Shown here: positions 17,882 to 26,210 of the stretch, piece by piece | How positions within the stretch are numbered: position 1 is the first letter of the stretch | Layout of the letters: each line of letters begins with the position of its first letter | Origin: a virus | Lineage: Duplodnaviria > Caudoviricetes | Virus record (IMG/VR): IMGVR_UViG_3300027851_000034 | Location: 1-54,539 of that record | Direction: 5' to 3' (one strand) | DNA: 54,539 nucleotides | Notes under the pieces: model-generated | What the model was told of the DNA's origin: nothing | What the model saw: the letters and a program-made list of their open reading frames with translations, nothing else | The model's database searches: none | Position numbers and translations under genes: made by a program

Positions 17882-18622
17882 TCATTGAAGCAACCCGCCA
17901 CCCATCGCTTGAGCCAATTTGGTCAAGCCTTTGGGGGTGATGCGCGGCTGTGTGGCCGTCCACTCTGTGCCATCACCCTTCTCTCCAACCGTCACCTTGT
18001 GCTCCATGAGCCCCTGCTGAATGCGTTCTTGGTACGCAAGCCATCCAGCACCCATGGGGCGGCGGTAAATCCACCCCTTCTCCTGCAAAAGCTGAGTGAA
18101 CTTTCGAGGCTGAATTTGCAGCGTCTTCGCCGCATCGGTCAGGCACAGCGAGCCGTCCGACGTTGCAATGCGCTCCAGCGCCTCAACTTTTGGCGCTTGT
18201 GTGGCCACAACGGTTTCAAGTTTTTGCACCTGGGCCACCGCTTGCAAGCGCCCCTCCTCCGAGTCAATGGCCATTTTCAGAATGTCGATGCGCGACAGGC
18301 TGGATGGGTCAAAGCTGGTGGCCTTGGCTTCAAGCTCCTGCCACCGGTCAACTATGCGGGCAGTGAACTCAGGGGAGAGTTGGGCGACAACTATCAGGCT
18401 ACTGCGTTTGTCGAGTTTGTAGACGCCGACAGTTTCCTCACGGCGTTCTCGCTGAATTTTGACTTCCTCAATTTGAGGAAGTGAGATTGCACCACGCTCG
18501 GCGCAGCTTTCAATGGTGCGCTTCACGTTGTCATGGCGCTTTTCGGTCAGCTCGGCGATTTCCCGGCTTGTCATGGTCACACTATCGGATAAACCGGAAA
18601 TGTTGGCGATGTTGGTATTCAT
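17882..18622 (-). CDS. Antirepressor: Rha-like N-terminus plus KilAC/ANT C-terminus
   Basis: TMTSREIAELTEKRHDNVKRTIE; LCLTDAAKTL...QPRITPKGLTKLA. Confidence 0.9.
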   Translation of the reverse strand: MNTNIANISGLSDSVTMTSREIAELTEKRHDNVKRTIESCAERGAISLPQIEEVKIQRERREETVGVYKLDKRSSLIVVAQLSPEFTARIVDRWQELEAKATSFDPSSLSRIDILKMAIDSEEGRLQAVAQVQKLETVVATQAPKVEALERIATSDGSLCLTDAAKTLQIQPRKFTQLLQEKGWIYRRPMGAGWLAYQERIQQGLMEHKVTVGEKGDGTEWTATQPRITPKGLTKLAQAMGGGLLQ

Positions 18623-18780
18623 TTCTGCGTTCCTTTCTGCTCTTGACGGTTGCGGCTCTCTTCAAGCCGGAAAACAACTTCGGCGGTCAGGCTGCGTCGA
18701 GCCTTTTCCGCCTGCTCTTGCAGCCACACCTTCAACCCCACAGGGAGCCGAAGGTTGGTCTGCGCTTCGCTGGGTGCCAT
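18619..18780 (-). CDS. Arc-family ribbon-helix-helix repressor
   Basis: QTNLRLPVGLK...RRSLTAEVVFRLE; RBS AAGGAG. Confidence 0.85.
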   Translation of the reverse strand: MAPSEAQTNLRLPVGLKVWLQEQAEKARRSLTAEVVFRLEESRNRQEQKGTQK

Positions 18781-18792
18781 AACTTCTCCTTC

Positions 18793-18856
18793 ATGTAGCA
18801 CTTTGCTTGGTTTGAATGTAGCACTTTGCTTGGACAAGCGCAAGCAGTTTGCTTGG
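18793..18856. promoter_or_regulatory. Operator repeats between divergent Arc genes (cassette 2)
   Basis: ATGTAGCACTTTGCTTGG at 18793 and 18816; AGCAGTTTGCTTGG at 18843. Confidence 0.7.
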
Positions 18857-18867
18857 ATAATTCGCGC

Positions 18868-19245
18868 ATGGCCTCCGAGGACGTTCAAACAAACCTGCGT
18901 CTGCCTGCTGATCTCAAAGATCGGCTGGTAGCTTCTGCATCAAATTCCAAGCGCTCATTGAGCGCGGAGGTGTCTGCACGACTTGAGGGGAGCTTTCACG
19001 AAAGCGGGCTGAAGTTGAGCAATCCTGCGCGCCAGGCCGTGCAAAAACTGGTAGACCGCGCCGGGATAACCGACCAGGAAGCTCTGGAGCGGCTTGTTTT
19101 GCAGGGGCACGCCACCCTGGAGAACAGAAACGTCCTTGTAATTCGCGCCGACGCCAGCCTCTCAATGGATGACTTGATCCGAGTCTTGAGCGCAGCAAAG
19201 AACTTCCTGCCTGACATCTCCGATGTCCATCTCGAAAGAGACTGA
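18868..19245 (+). CDS. Arc/Mnt-family repressor with C-terminal extension
   Basis: QTNLRLPADLKDRL...KRSLSAEVSARLE; GATAAT 6 nt before the ATG (leaderless-like). Confidence 0.85.
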   Translation: MASEDVQTNLRLPADLKDRLVASASNSKRSLSAEVSARLEGSFHESGLKLSNPARQAVQKLVDRAGITDQEALERLVLQGHATLENRNVLVIRADASLSMDDLIRVLSAAKNFLPDISDVHLERD

Positions 19246-19520
19246 TCTTCAAACCGTTCTGCGGCTGGCAGGTTGCTGTTGACGATGAGCCGGAACATGT
19301 CGGCTTCGGTCAGGACGCGGGCCTCCTGCGTGCGGCCAAGGCTGTCAACGATGGGGTAGCGTTTCGCTACCCCACGGCAATGCTGCTTGATGGCGTCGTT
19401 GTGGTTGGCGTAGCCCAGCGCCTCACACAGGTCTTTGCCCACGAACAGGGGTTCTCCGTTGTCGCCGGTCACGACGCGAAGGGTGGTGCTCTCGAAATTG
19501 AATGGGACGATTTGTGTCAT
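19246..19520 (-). pseudogene. Truncated BRO-N antirepressor
   Basis: GEPLFVGKDLCEALGY...SNLPAAERFE; family-like sequence stops where the second Arc cassette begins. Confidence 0.7.
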
Positions 19521-19708
19521 GCCTGGGCCCCTTGGGGTTGGTTGCTGAACTTCTCACCCTGCTCGATCAAAAACAGGATGTGTTTGTTGAGGCTGCGTTT
19601 GGCGCAAGCGGCCTGTGATTTAAGTTCGGCGCGGTGGTTGCTGCGCTCGAAGCGGAGGATGTATTTGTCAGCTTGCTTTTGGGTGGGTGGTTCAGATTCA
19701 ATGTTCAT
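19517..19708 (-). CDS. Arc-like repressor
   Basis: DKYILRF...AKRSLNKHILFLIE; ATGA coupling to BRO-N. Confidence 0.75.
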   Translation of the reverse strand: MNIESEPPTQKQADKYILRFERSNHRAELKSQAACAKRSLNKHILFLIEQGEKFSNQPQGAQA

Positions 19709-19723
19709 GGTTGCTTCCAAAAA

Positions 19724-19822
19724 ATGGCGACTAGCCATGTGATGAATTGCGGCGAATCGCCGCATTTATGCAATAGCAAAGATGGCGAATCGCCATTAAT
19801 TTTAACTATGGCGATTCGCTAG
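19724..19822. promoter_or_regulatory. Four palindromic operators GGCGA(A/C/T)T(C/A)GC(C/T) between divergent Arc genes (cassette 1)
   Basis: Copies at 19724, 19748, 19782 and 19808. Confidence 0.75.
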
Positions 19823-19833
19823 TAAGATAGGCT

Positions 19834-20349
19834 ATGACTACCGCCCGCCAATTCCCCTCTGATGAGGCTGACAAGTTCGTCGTGCGACTTCCAGACGGCA
19901 TGCGTGACCGCCTCAAGGCTTCAGCAAAGAGCAACAACCGCACGTTGAATGCCGAAATCGTCTCCAGGCTTCAAGCCAGCTTCGATGGCCCATCAGTGGT
20001 GAGCAAACACACGCGCACGGCGGCCACGCCGGATGACATGGAGTTGCTCTATGCAATCACGAAGGCTCACATGGAGCTTCAGCAATCCACGATGGCACTC
20101 GGGGATGCAAGGGAGGAGGCGTTTCGGCTGTCTTCTGTTCTGGAGCGCCGCGAGAGGGATCTGAGAGACTCCAAAGAGTTGGGGCGAGGCGAGGCCTTTG
20201 TTTCAGTTCACCAAGACGCCTACAACAAGGCACTGAAAGAGTTCAACAAGGCGCAGCAGGCTGTCAAGAATGCAACAGCGGATGTGAGGGCCAAGCAGTC
20301 CGACCTATCAAACCTCTACCAGCTGCGCGAAGCCAAGAACCGGGGATAG
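19834..20349 (+). CDS. Arc/Mnt-family repressor with coiled-coil C-terminus
   Basis: DKFVVRLPDGMRDRLK...NNRTLNAEIVSRL. Confidence 0.88.
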   Translation: MTTARQFPSDEADKFVVRLPDGMRDRLKASAKSNNRTLNAEIVSRLQASFDGPSVVSKHTRTAATPDDMELLYAITKAHMELQQSTMALGDAREEAFRLSSVLERRERDLRDSKELGRGEAFVSVHQDAYNKALKEFNKAQQAVKNATADVRAKQSDLSNLYQLREAKNRG

Positions 20350-20437
20350 GCCCCACGGCAGGGCATTCGCCCGCGCCTTGCACGCCCAAACCCTGACCGC
20401 CCGCTGAGGGGCATCTTCAGCCCTGCCCCACAGGGCG

Positions 20438-20469
20438 CAAAAAAGCAAAAACCCGCGCTTGGCGGGTTC
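20438..20469 (-). terminator. Intrinsic terminator after the TA operon
   Basis: AACCCGC...GCGGGTT stem with T-tract on the minus strand. Confidence 0.6.
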
Positions 20470-20863
20470 AATCGAGAAACGTCCTGACGTAGCGTGGAAG
20501 TCGCTTTGACTCCCGCAATCCCTTGATGATTTTCTTGAACAACTCTGGACTGCATTCTTCCCTTGGTTGCCAGCCGAGCGTTTCAACCATCTTTTTTACA
20601 TGAGCCACAGTTTCAATTCTGGGCTCCCTGTAATAGACGTAGCTTTCCCTGTCAATAAACGGATGCTCTCCAGCTTGAATGACGCACGCCGGATCGAATG
20701 GAAAATCCGGTTTTACGGTGGTCACGCTGACCATAACGACCTGGTCGCTCCCTCCGTAGCCGTCAAGCTGCTTTGGGCCTAGGACAATGGTGAACAGATG
20801 ACTCTTTTCCCCGGGGCCCGATGGGATCAGAAGACACGCACCGCGACCACAGCACCACCCCAC
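20468..20863 (-). CDS. Putative PemK/MazF-fold toxin
   Basis: HLFTIV...VMVSVTT...CVIQAGEHPFIDRESYVYY; directly after a Panacea antitoxin. Confidence 0.65.
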   Translation of the reverse strand: MGWCCGRGACLLIPSGPGEKSHLFTIVLGPKQLDGYGGSDQVVMVSVTTVKPDFPFDPACVIQAGEHPFIDRESYVYYREPRIETVAHVKKMVETLGWQPREECSPELFKKIIKGLRESKRLPRYVRTFLD

Positions 20864-20866
20864 GAC

Positions 20867-21448
20867 TCACCTTGCAAAAGTTGCATTCAACTGCGCTTGG
20901 GATCTGAGATGCTCAACCGCCGACCGAATCCCTGTTTCGGTGTATCCAAGAGCCCCAAACAGCCTGTCGAGCGTTATCGGATTGCTTGAGCCATTTGGAT
21001 CTTCCCATTCGGGGCATGCCGAACTGTGGGTGTACTTCACCAAATCAAAACGACTCATATGCCCAAACTTTTCCCAGATACCACCCAAAACCTCTAAGTC
21101 ACCATCGCTCAGCTCAAGCAAGTCTTTCTCTGGAGACCGAATCATGCTCGGGTCTTTGAGTGCCAAGTCATGGCCCGCCCGATCATCAACCCAAGTATCC
21201 CATCCACCATCCTGGCTTTGAAGTGCGCCGTTCATGTGGTCGTAAGTCATCGAAAGCACAGGTCCATGAGGCATCGATACGAGCTTGTCACCTGTAATCG
21301 GCTCTCCGTACTGCTTGAGCGACTCACGCTCTGCCAAGTACATGAGCTTCATGAGCTTGAGCAACGGCAAACGACCACCAGCGCGATGCAGCAAAAATGC
21401 CGCAGCTTGCGCAGTCCGTTTCTCGTTGAACAGCGTTGGGTATCGCAT
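20867..21448 (-). CDS. Panacea-domain (DUF4065/SocA-like) antitoxin
   Basis: LKLMKLMYLAE...PITGD...MPHGPV...LVKYTH...PEW. Confidence 0.88.
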   Translation of the reverse strand: MRYPTLFNEKRTAQAAAFLLHRAGGRLPLLKLMKLMYLAERESLKQYGEPITGDKLVSMPHGPVLSMTYDHMNGALQSQDGGWDTWVDDRAGHDLALKDPSMIRSPEKDLLELSDGDLEVLGGIWEKFGHMSRFDLVKYTHSSACPEWEDPNGSSNPITLDRLFGALGYTETGIRSAVEHLRSQAQLNATFAR

Positions 21449-21538
21449 TTTGTTTGGGTGTTGTTATGTATGAGTTTGGCTGTTATTTGGTATTGGATCA
21501 GTCATTGAAAAATTGTTCAACCTCTGAGCCAAACAAAG

Positions 21539-21606
21539 ATATCCACAGAATGCCTAAGAATTTTGTGTGCAACTTGTTGATAAGTATGTTCATAAGCTGG
21601 GAATAA
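21539..21606. promoter_or_regulatory. Array of DnaA-box-like 9-mers
   Basis: ATATCCACA (21539), then opposite-strand TGTGTGCAA, TGTTGATAA, TGTTCATAA, TGGGAATAA at 11-12-bp pitch. Confidence 0.45.
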
Positions 21607-21741
21607 CAAGACGCATCACCCATTTCTTCCATTTGTGAAGAACTGAATAACTCACAAAAACCGTTTGTCGGCGCGATTGGGGTGGAAACAACATCCAGCA
21701 GAAAACCGCCTCAGTGGGCGGCTCACAGCCTGGAGCGCCCA

Positions 21742-21787
21742 TCCCCCATTTGGTGGATGGCATGGAGGACTGTTTTGTGGCCGAATC
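21742..21787 (+). repeat. 46-bp element, copy B
   Basis: Same two blocks and 12-nt spacer as 7724-7769. Confidence 0.8.
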
Positions 21788-21812
21788 CCTCAAATCACAC
21801 ATGGGGGATGGC

Positions 21813-22082
21813 ATGGAAAACGAGGATGCTCGGAAACAGGCAGAGCTGGAGATTGCCAGGCTCCAGCCCATAATCACAAACTCACTTGTGATTCAAGCGG
21901 TTGTCAAGGCGATGGTTGAGACCCATCCAGATCCAGCCGCCCTCCGGGCAAGGGCGGAGTTTCTGTTGACTGAAGCGCAAGGAAGACTTGCCTTATCTGA
22001 TGCGCCACGCGCTCGGATACCAAGCGAAGAAACTCTTCAGGCTCTTGACTGGCTTTTCCGGCCGCCATCTGTTGTTGATTGA
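21813..22082 (+). CDS. Hypothetical helical moron protein
   Basis: RBS GGGGGA; LVIQAVVKAMVETHPDPAALR. Confidence 0.65.
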   Translation: MENEDARKQAELEIARLQPIITNSLVIQAVVKAMVETHPDPAALRARAEFLLTEAQGRLALSDAPRARIPSEETLQALDWLFRPPSVVD

Positions 22083-22118
22083 TGTCCGACATAAAAATTC
22101 CCCTTTGAAAAACTTGAA

Positions 22119-22475
22119 ATGAGCCGAACCCTTGCCGTCCGCCTGGTATTCGCCCTCTCGTGCTCCCCGGCCATGGCAGGCAACTTCGCAACTTGCTTGC
22201 TTGACAACCTGCCGGGCACACAAAACGCTGCGGTGCACGCAGCAGCGGTGTCAATGTGCGTCCAGCAAAACCCAAATAGGTTCTACGACATTCAGAAGGG
22301 CTCCGGAAGAGGCTTTTTTGGCTATTCAAGCGGCACCGAGTGCACCATCGACAAAGGCAAGAACACCACGTGGGCGGACTCGGCCATCTTGATTGGCGTT
22401 GCCTGTGAGTGCCTTTACACCAAAGGTGCCAAAGGTAACTTCTGCGAAAACCCATTCAAACGATTTCACGAATAA
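22119..22475 (+). CDS. Secreted Cys-rich protein (resembles VF_A0006-type four-cysteine proteins)
   Basis: Signal peptide ending AMA; ATCLLD...C...C...ACECLY. Confidence 0.65.
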   Translation: MSRTLAVRLVFALSCSPAMAGNFATCLLDNLPGTQNAAVHAAAVSMCVQQNPNRFYDIQKGSGRGFFGYSSGTECTIDKGKNTTWADSAILIGVACECLYTKGAKGNFCENPFKRFHE

Positions 22476-22484
22476 ACGCAGCCG

Positions 22485-24230
22485 TCAGCCTTTCGTGAGG
22501 TATTTGGCTGATGCTCCAACCCCGTAATACTGGTCAAAATCCGCAGCCAAACTCGGATCAGATTTCAACACGCTGATACTGCCGCTTGTTGGAACCCTCG
22601 GTGCCCCACCATCCACCTGCTGCACATCACCTGTGGCCTTGTTGTACTTGTAGATGCTCCCCATGGAGGTAGAGCCATCCAAATTCTTGGTGGTGGGCGT
22701 GACTTGAACCGCCCAATCAGCCGGTGCGGGCTTGCCGGACAGCTCCCGCAGCGTCTGTGAAAGGCGCGCCTTCTCATTGGGGTCGTTGGATGCCAGGTAA
22801 CGAGACTGAATATCCAGCAACTGCTTGGCAGACAAGATGCCAAAGCTTTTCTCTTCGCGGCCCACCGCCCCGTTGGCCAGCTCATTGGCCGCCCGTTGGC
22901 GCGCCATCTCCAAGTGCTGACGATCCATGCCAAACTTGGCTTGGGAGTCCTGCCGTGCCGCTGCAAACATCTCCCGGTTGAGGCCTAGGCCTGCCCTGGT
23001 GTTGCTTTGGGTTGCTGCCAAGCGCTGCGCATCTGTCATGGCCCGGGTGCGTGCCTCGTAATCCTGGGTCGATTCGCCCATCTTCTGCCGCATGTCCATC
23101 AGGTTGGTGCGGGCCTGGCTATCCGCCTGCAGGCGTGCGTCAATGCCTTGGGCCACTTGCAGTCCTGCGGCGGTGCTGGCCTGGGCCTGTGCGGCCTCGG
23201 CTGCAAACTGCTGCTGCGCACGCTGGGCGGCACGCTCACTGGCTCCGCGCTCCAGCATTGCATTCATGGCTGCCAGGTTCTGCGCCGTGGGCGCACCGCG
23301 CCCCATCAATGCTTGGTTGTCTTCCATGCCAGCGGCATCGGTCTTGTTGGTAAACAAGGGGCTCTGTCCGGGCGCATCGAAGCGCCGAATGCCAAAGCCC
23401 ACATCGCGGCCTTGGCCCAGATCTACCGGTGCGGCATTGGTGGGCGTCGCACCGGCTGCCCGGATGGGGCTTACCGCCGTGCTGGCCCGCGTGGGGTAGT
23501 TGTGCCCCTCGTTGGAGTAAGAGGCTTGCGCGGGTGTTGGCTTGGTGGTTGGTGTGCTTTCGACCGTCACCCCCCTCAGTCCATCGACAAAGCCACCGAC
23601 CCCATGGGCAACAGAGTTTGCGGGTTTGGCAACCGTGTCCGCGATGGCGGCAGGAAACAGGGCAAGCCCACCACGGATGCCCAGGCCGGCAGCGCGCCCA
23701 TATTCGCCCTTGGCTGCGGCGGCGCTCACATCCTCTCCGGTTCCTCTCCACACCGCGCCCACGCTGGGCGATGTCCTGTCCAGCACGTCTGCCGTGGTAA
23801 GTGGCTTGCTGGCTGCAGGCGCTGCGGGCGACCCGAGCGCCTGGGCGATGGCTGGCTTGGATTCTGGGGCCTGCGTGGGGTAGTTGTTGCCCCCGTTGGA
23901 GTAAGAGGCTTGCGCGGGTGGCGTGGCGGCGGGTGCCCCCATCCCGCTGGCGGGCCTGGATGCCGTGGGACCGAAACCAAACCCTCGGGATGGTGGAGCC
24001 TCAGCCGTGGTGGGCCTGGATGCGGGCGGGTTGAGGCCAAACCCTCGGGATGGCGGCGCATCAGTCGTGGCGGGCCTGGATGCCGTGGGACCGAAACCAA
24101 ACCCTCGGGAGGGCGGCGTTGGTGTGGCCGCTGACTGGGCACCCGGTGCACCTCGCCCGTAAATGGACTGGGTTGGGGGGTTGTGGGGGAAAGCCGTTGG
24201 TGGCTTTTTCTTTTCGCCGATGAATTCCAT
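22485..24230 (-). CDS. Probable ejection/pilot protein with low-complexity repeats
   Basis: Pro/Ala-rich N-terminus, Ala/Gln-rich helical middle; position between tail genes and the polyvalent protein. Confidence 0.65.
   Translation of the reverse strand: MEFIGEKKKPPTAFPHNPPTQSIYGRGAPGAQSAATPTPPSRGFGFGPTASRPATTDAPPSRGFGLNPPASRPTTAEAPPSRGFGFGPTASRPASGMGAPAATPPAQASYSNGGNNYPTQAPESKPAIAQALGSPAAPAASKPLTTADVLDRTSPSVGAVWRGTGEDVSAAAAKGEYGRAAGLGIRGGLALFPAAIADTVAKPANSVAHGVGGFVDGLRGVTVESTPTTKPTPAQASYSNEGHNYPTRASTAVSPIRAAGATPTNAAPVDLGQGRDVGFGIRRFDAPGQSPLFTNKTDAAGMEDNQALMGRGAPTAQNLAAMNAMLERGASERAAQRAQQQFAAEAAQAQASTAAGLQVAQGIDARLQADSQARTNLMDMRQKMGESTQDYEARTRAMTDAQRLAATQSNTRAGLGLNREMFAAARQDSQAKFGMDRQHLEMARQRAANELANGAVGREEKSFGILSAKQLLDIQSRYLASNDPNEKARLSQTLRELSGKPAPADWAVQVTPTTKNLDGSTSMGSIYKYNKATGDVQQVDGGAPRVPTSGSISVLKSDPSLAADFDQYYGVGASAKYLTKG
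23950..24110 (-). repeat. 60-bp coding tandem repeat, about 3 copies (PPSRGFGxxPxASRP)
   Basis: Visible in DNA and protein; PAQASYSNxGxNYPT also occurs twice. Confidence 0.85.
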
Positions 24231-24254
24231 GGTGTGCGCCTTTCAAACTGCTGC

Positions 24255-24296
24255 GCAGTCTGCCCACCACCCCACAGAACAACAAACCCCACAGGG
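24255..24296 (-). promoter_or_regulatory. Late-promoter motif copy 4
   Basis: CCCTGTGGGGTTT-N19-GGCAGACTGC. Confidence 0.65.
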
Positions 24297-24299
24297 TTG

Positions 24300-26210
24300 T
24301 CAGGTCACATCCTGCTTCAGAGTCACCAGGGTTGTCAGCCCGGACATCGCCGACTCGGCCAAGCCGCGATACACCTGTGCCGCACTCACCCCGGTGTCAG
24401 ATGCCGCCTTGATCGCGCTCACCTTCAGCTTTGCCACCTCAAGCTCATGGTTTCCATGCATTTTTGCGTTCTCCATCGCGATTTGCGCAATGGCGCGAAA
24501 GCGTTCGGCATCGGCACTGGCTTGCGCCACGGCGGCCTGCGATCCCACCTGATAGGCCTTCACCAGAGAGTCCTGGGCCTGAATCTCGGCGGAAACCTTC
24601 GCGGCATTGGCCCTGGCAACCTCACCCCAGGCCCGAACATCGGCCTCGTATGCGCTCAGGTTTGCCGTGTTCACGCGAGCCTGGGCCTCGCTCTTCGTGG
24701 CATCGGCTGCGACCGCAGCGCGAAAGCCCTCCACCTGGGCGGTGTAAACCTGGGCCTGGGCCAGCAACGCCCTGACCTTGGATTCCTCGCCACTCCATGC
24801 GGCGGTGTAGGCATCCCACTCCGACTTTGACGCCTGCACCTCCGCAGAAAACGCCCTCACCTCTGCCTCGAACCCTTCGAGCTTCATCTTTTCCAGGCTG
24901 GCCAGCGCCACCAGGGCCCTAACATTCGCCTCGTAGGCTTGCACTGCGTTCTGGTGGGCCTCAAGCTGGGTGCGGTAGATCTGCACACGCGCCTCATCCA
25001 CCTTGACCTTGGCCATCTCGCCTTCGATCTGGGCCTTGAACACATCAATCTCGGCCATACCGGCTCTGACAAGTGTTTCAAACACTGCGGCATCGGCTCG
25101 GTAGGCATCGAGGCGCGCATTGAAAGCCCGAACGGACAGGTCGTAGGTCTTCACCAGGGATTCGGCCACTGCAGCCGCGTGCTGGGTGGCCTGCGCGTTG
25201 AGCTGAATCACGTTGCCGTGATAGGAAATCCTGGCCTGAACCATTGTTTGGCGCAGCTGTGCCGACATGGAGAGCGCGAACTGCAGGTTCTTTTGCTGCA
25301 TCTCAGCCTGCATCACCACGATCTCGCGGCTGGCCTGGGCGTTGTTGTCGGCGGCGGCTTGGCGCCCCCTGTTGATTGCCCCCATCAGGGCACCACTTGG
25401 CAGGGTAAAGCCCATGCGGGCCGCCCTCGTCATGGCCTCATCGGCCACCCGCTTGGCCTCGGCATCCTGGCGCGCCTGACTTCGCCCGTAAATGGCCCGC
25501 TCCACGGCAGGCGAAAAGCCAGTCTCCGTGTCACCTCGAACGAACTCGGCCAGCTTGGCCTCCAGCGCATCCAGTTGGGCCCTGTACTGGGGGTTCACAT
25601 CCGACATGAAACCGTCAACCTCGCTCGCCACCATCGAGCGAAACGATGCGCTGGCCGAAGTCCATGCCAGATTGAACTCCATGCCAACGTCAGGCGCGGC
25701 ACCAACGTCATCGGGACGCACACCAGAAAACACCGGGCTGCTTCGGGTGGGGGTTGATGGCAGCGAAATGCTGCTCATCCGTGGCGCACCAATGGAAAAA
25801 GCATCTGGCGCAACGGGGGCCGGGAAATTGGTCCTGATCGCCGGGGCGATTTTGTCAAAGCGCGGCGTTTGGCTGGGCCTGACGGGCGCATTTATTGATA
25901 TGCCAGCCGCAGTCGGCGCCCTGGGCATCTCCTGATTGAACACGCTGTCAGGCGGCTGGATGTCCGGCCTCGCAGGCAAGCCCGGCATCGCATCCAGGTA
26001 AACCGGATTGATCAGGGGAATGACCGGCAACGCCAGCGCATTGGGTGCGGCGGGCAGCTGGTAGCTTGGCAAGTCGTCCGGCAAGTCTTTGCCAGCATCC
26101 GCTATTGCCTTGGTCGCGTCCTTCAGTGCGTTCGACGCATCGCGTTGAAGCGTATCAGCCCGGTTTTTTGCCCCGCTGATCAGTGCCGTGATCTCGCCAG
26201 ACGTTTCCAT
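24300..26210 (-). CDS. Coiled-coil internal virion/ejection protein
   Basis: Long Ala-rich helical protein with ARMGFTLPSG motif; TGATG coupling. Confidence 0.7.
   Translation of the reverse strand: METSGEITALISGAKNRADTLQRDASNALKDATKAIADAGKDLPDDLPSYQLPAAPNALALPVIPLINPVYLDAMPGLPARPDIQPPDSVFNQEMPRAPTAAGISINAPVRPSQTPRFDKIAPAIRTNFPAPVAPDAFSIGAPRMSSISLPSTPTRSSPVFSGVRPDDVGAAPDVGMEFNLAWTSASASFRSMVASEVDGFMSDVNPQYRAQLDALEAKLAEFVRGDTETGFSPAVERAIYGRSQARQDAEAKRVADEAMTRAARMGFTLPSGALMGAINRGRQAAADNNAQASREIVVMQAEMQQKNLQFALSMSAQLRQTMVQARISYHGNVIQLNAQATQHAAAVAESLVKTYDLSVRAFNARLDAYRADAAVFETLVRAGMAEIDVFKAQIEGEMAKVKVDEARVQIYRTQLEAHQNAVQAYEANVRALVALASLEKMKLEGFEAEVRAFSAEVQASKSEWDAYTAAWSGEESKVRALLAQAQVYTAQVEGFRAAVAADATKSEAQARVNTANLSAYEADVRAWGEVARANAAKVSAEIQAQDSLVKAYQVGSQAAVAQASADAERFRAIAQIAMENAKMHGNHELEVAKLKVSAIKAASDTGVSAAQVYRGLAESAMSGLTTLVTLKQDVT

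Noticed and set aside
18996-19245. C-terminal half of the 174-aa BRO ORF as a real domain
   Set aside because: It is the antisense of the Arc/Mnt gene; treated as read-through after truncation.
20423-20435. Seventh late promoter
   Set aside because: Has the CCTGTGGGG box but lacks the TTT and the -10-like element at 19-nt spacing.
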